A stretch of 64,000 nt of DNA from an uncultured bacterium (GTDB lineage Bacteria > Bacillota_I > Bacilli_A > RFN20 > CAG-826): NCBI GenBank assembly GCA_949299165.1, contig CASFZJ010000004.1, positions 31,965 to 95,964 on the forward strand. The letters are read 5' to 3'. Every line of letters begins with the position of its first letter. Within the stretch, counting starts at the first letter, position 1. Below the pieces are notes generated by a model that was given only the letters and a program-made list of their open reading frames with translations, was not told the origin of the DNA and searched no databases. The position numbers were made by a program, and so were the translations under genes. Positions 63,357 through 64,000 of this stretch are shown here, one piece after another.

Positions 63357-64000
63357 ATGGATAAGATTTTAGTTATAGATTACGGTTCACAATATAACGA
63401 ACTAATTGTTAGAAGAGTTCGTGATTTAGGAGTTTATTCTTTATTAATAAATAACAATACTGATTTATCGACTTTTGATAAAAGCGAAGTTAAAGGAATA
63501 ATATTGTCGGGTGGACCAAATTCAGTAAATGATCCAAATTCACCTAAAATTAATCCACAGATTTTTGATTTTGGTGTGCCAGTACTTGGTGTATGCTATG
63601 GTATGCAAGCTTTAGCTGCTTATTTTGGTGGAAAGGTTGAAAACAACAAAATTAAAGAATTCGGAAAAACTTTAACTCATTTTGATAACAATTCGGATTT
63701 ATTTAAGAACATTCAAAGAGACAATATTGTATTTATGTCTCATTCTGATACAGTCACAGTTTTACCTGATGGATTTAGAAAAATCTGTTCAACTGATGAT
63801 TGTGAATATGCAGGAATCGAGAATAAAGAAAAAAGAATTTATGCTCTTCAATTTCATCCTGAAGTTAGAGATACAATTGAAGGAAATACAATAATTTCTA
63901 ACTTTTTATTTGAGATTTGCAGGGTTTTTAAAAATTGGAGCATAGATAATTGGATTGATGACAAGATAAAAGAGATTAAAGAATTTGTTGGAAACGAAAA
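63357..64000 (+). CDS. guaA: GMP synthase (glutamine-hydrolysing), N-terminal part; continues past the window end
   Basis: Hand translation is MDKILVIDYGSQYNELIVRRVRDLGVYS...GVCYGMQALA...ALQFHPEV... This is a class-I glutamine amidotransferase domain with the Cys-His-Glu triad context, followed by the start of the ATP-PPase domain. Confidence 0.9.
   Translation, partial: MDKILVIDYGSQYNELIVRRVRDLGVYSLLINNNTDLSTFDKSEVKGIILSGGPNSVNDPNSPKINPQIFDFGVPVLGVCYGMQALAAYFGGKVENNKIKEFGKTLTHFDNNSDLFKNIQRDNIVFMSHSDTVTVLPDGFRKICSTDDCEYAGIENKEKRIYALQFHPEVRDTIEGNTIISNFLFEICRVFKNWSIDNWIDDKIKEIKEFVGNE

Noticed and set aside
1-64000. Mycoplasma-type genetic code (TGA = Trp)
   Set aside because: yaaA, recF and the MGMT-like gene terminate at TGA at the expected lengths, with coupled downstream starts. 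Conserved proteins (DnaA, GyrA/B, SerS, MetG, FeoB, HydA) contain no in-frame TGA. The standard code fits.
1-64000. Prophage, plasmid or transposon insertion
   Set aside because: No integrase, transposase, recombinase, phage structural or replication-initiator genes were seen. No att-like direct repeats were seen flanking tRNA-Ser. Accessory-looking genes are single and bounded only by the dispersed repeats.

Overview
Strongly AT-rich bacterial chromosome segment that begins at the replication origin. The layout is rnpA-rpmH (minus strand), a DnaA-box cluster, then dnaA-dnaN-yaaA-recF-gyrB-gyrA (plus strand), which is the classic Firmicutes/Mollicutes-type oriC neighbourhood. TGA is a stop codon here (yaaA, recF and the MGMT-like gene all end in TGA), so the code is standard, not Mycoplasma code 4. 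Downstream content, in order: serS, a small SRP RNA, tadA; several ABC/FtsX exporters with TetR regulators; a P-type ATPase; mscL; two DegV paralogs; tldD/pmbA; rpmE; metG; an aldehyde dehydrogenase; an rRNA methyltransferase; a PucR-regulated gldA-like/KdgT-like/alsD cluster; a metal block (CDF exporter plus feoA-feoA-feoB plus Cys-rich peptide); a trimeric HydABC-type [FeFe]-hydrogenase operon; one tRNA-Ser(GCU); an SDR; an MFS(UMF1) transporter; an AAA/DUF4143 ATPase; an acyl-ACP thioesterase; psuG-psuK; and the 5' part of guaA. The hydrogenase suggests an anaerobe. No rRNA, CRISPR array, transposase, integrase or prophage genes were seen. The most unusual signal is non-coding. A dispersed family of about 40-bp A-tract-rich units carries a quasi-palindromic TTCC(W)GGAA / TTCTAGAA core. 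It forms 2-5-copy tandem arrays in at least ten intergenic regions, apparently in one orientation (no reversed array noticed, though some units contain an inverted GTCTTTTTT segment), and sometimes supplies the last codons and stop of the upstream gene. Two adjacent 33-bp tandem arrays lie upstream of the AAA/DUF4143 gene. Other points worth a look: an alsD operon without alsS but with a keto-acid-type permease; an H-cluster motif variant (TSCSPGW) in HydA; an exact cre site in the hydrogenase promoter; an iron-box-like operator at feoA; matched acidic N-terminal extensions on GyrB and GyrA; an M50-like membrane protein with MExxH instead of HExxH; and several gene remnants (Fmt C-domain, FtsX, Fe-ADH). 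All homology calls come from reading motifs by eye, with no database search.
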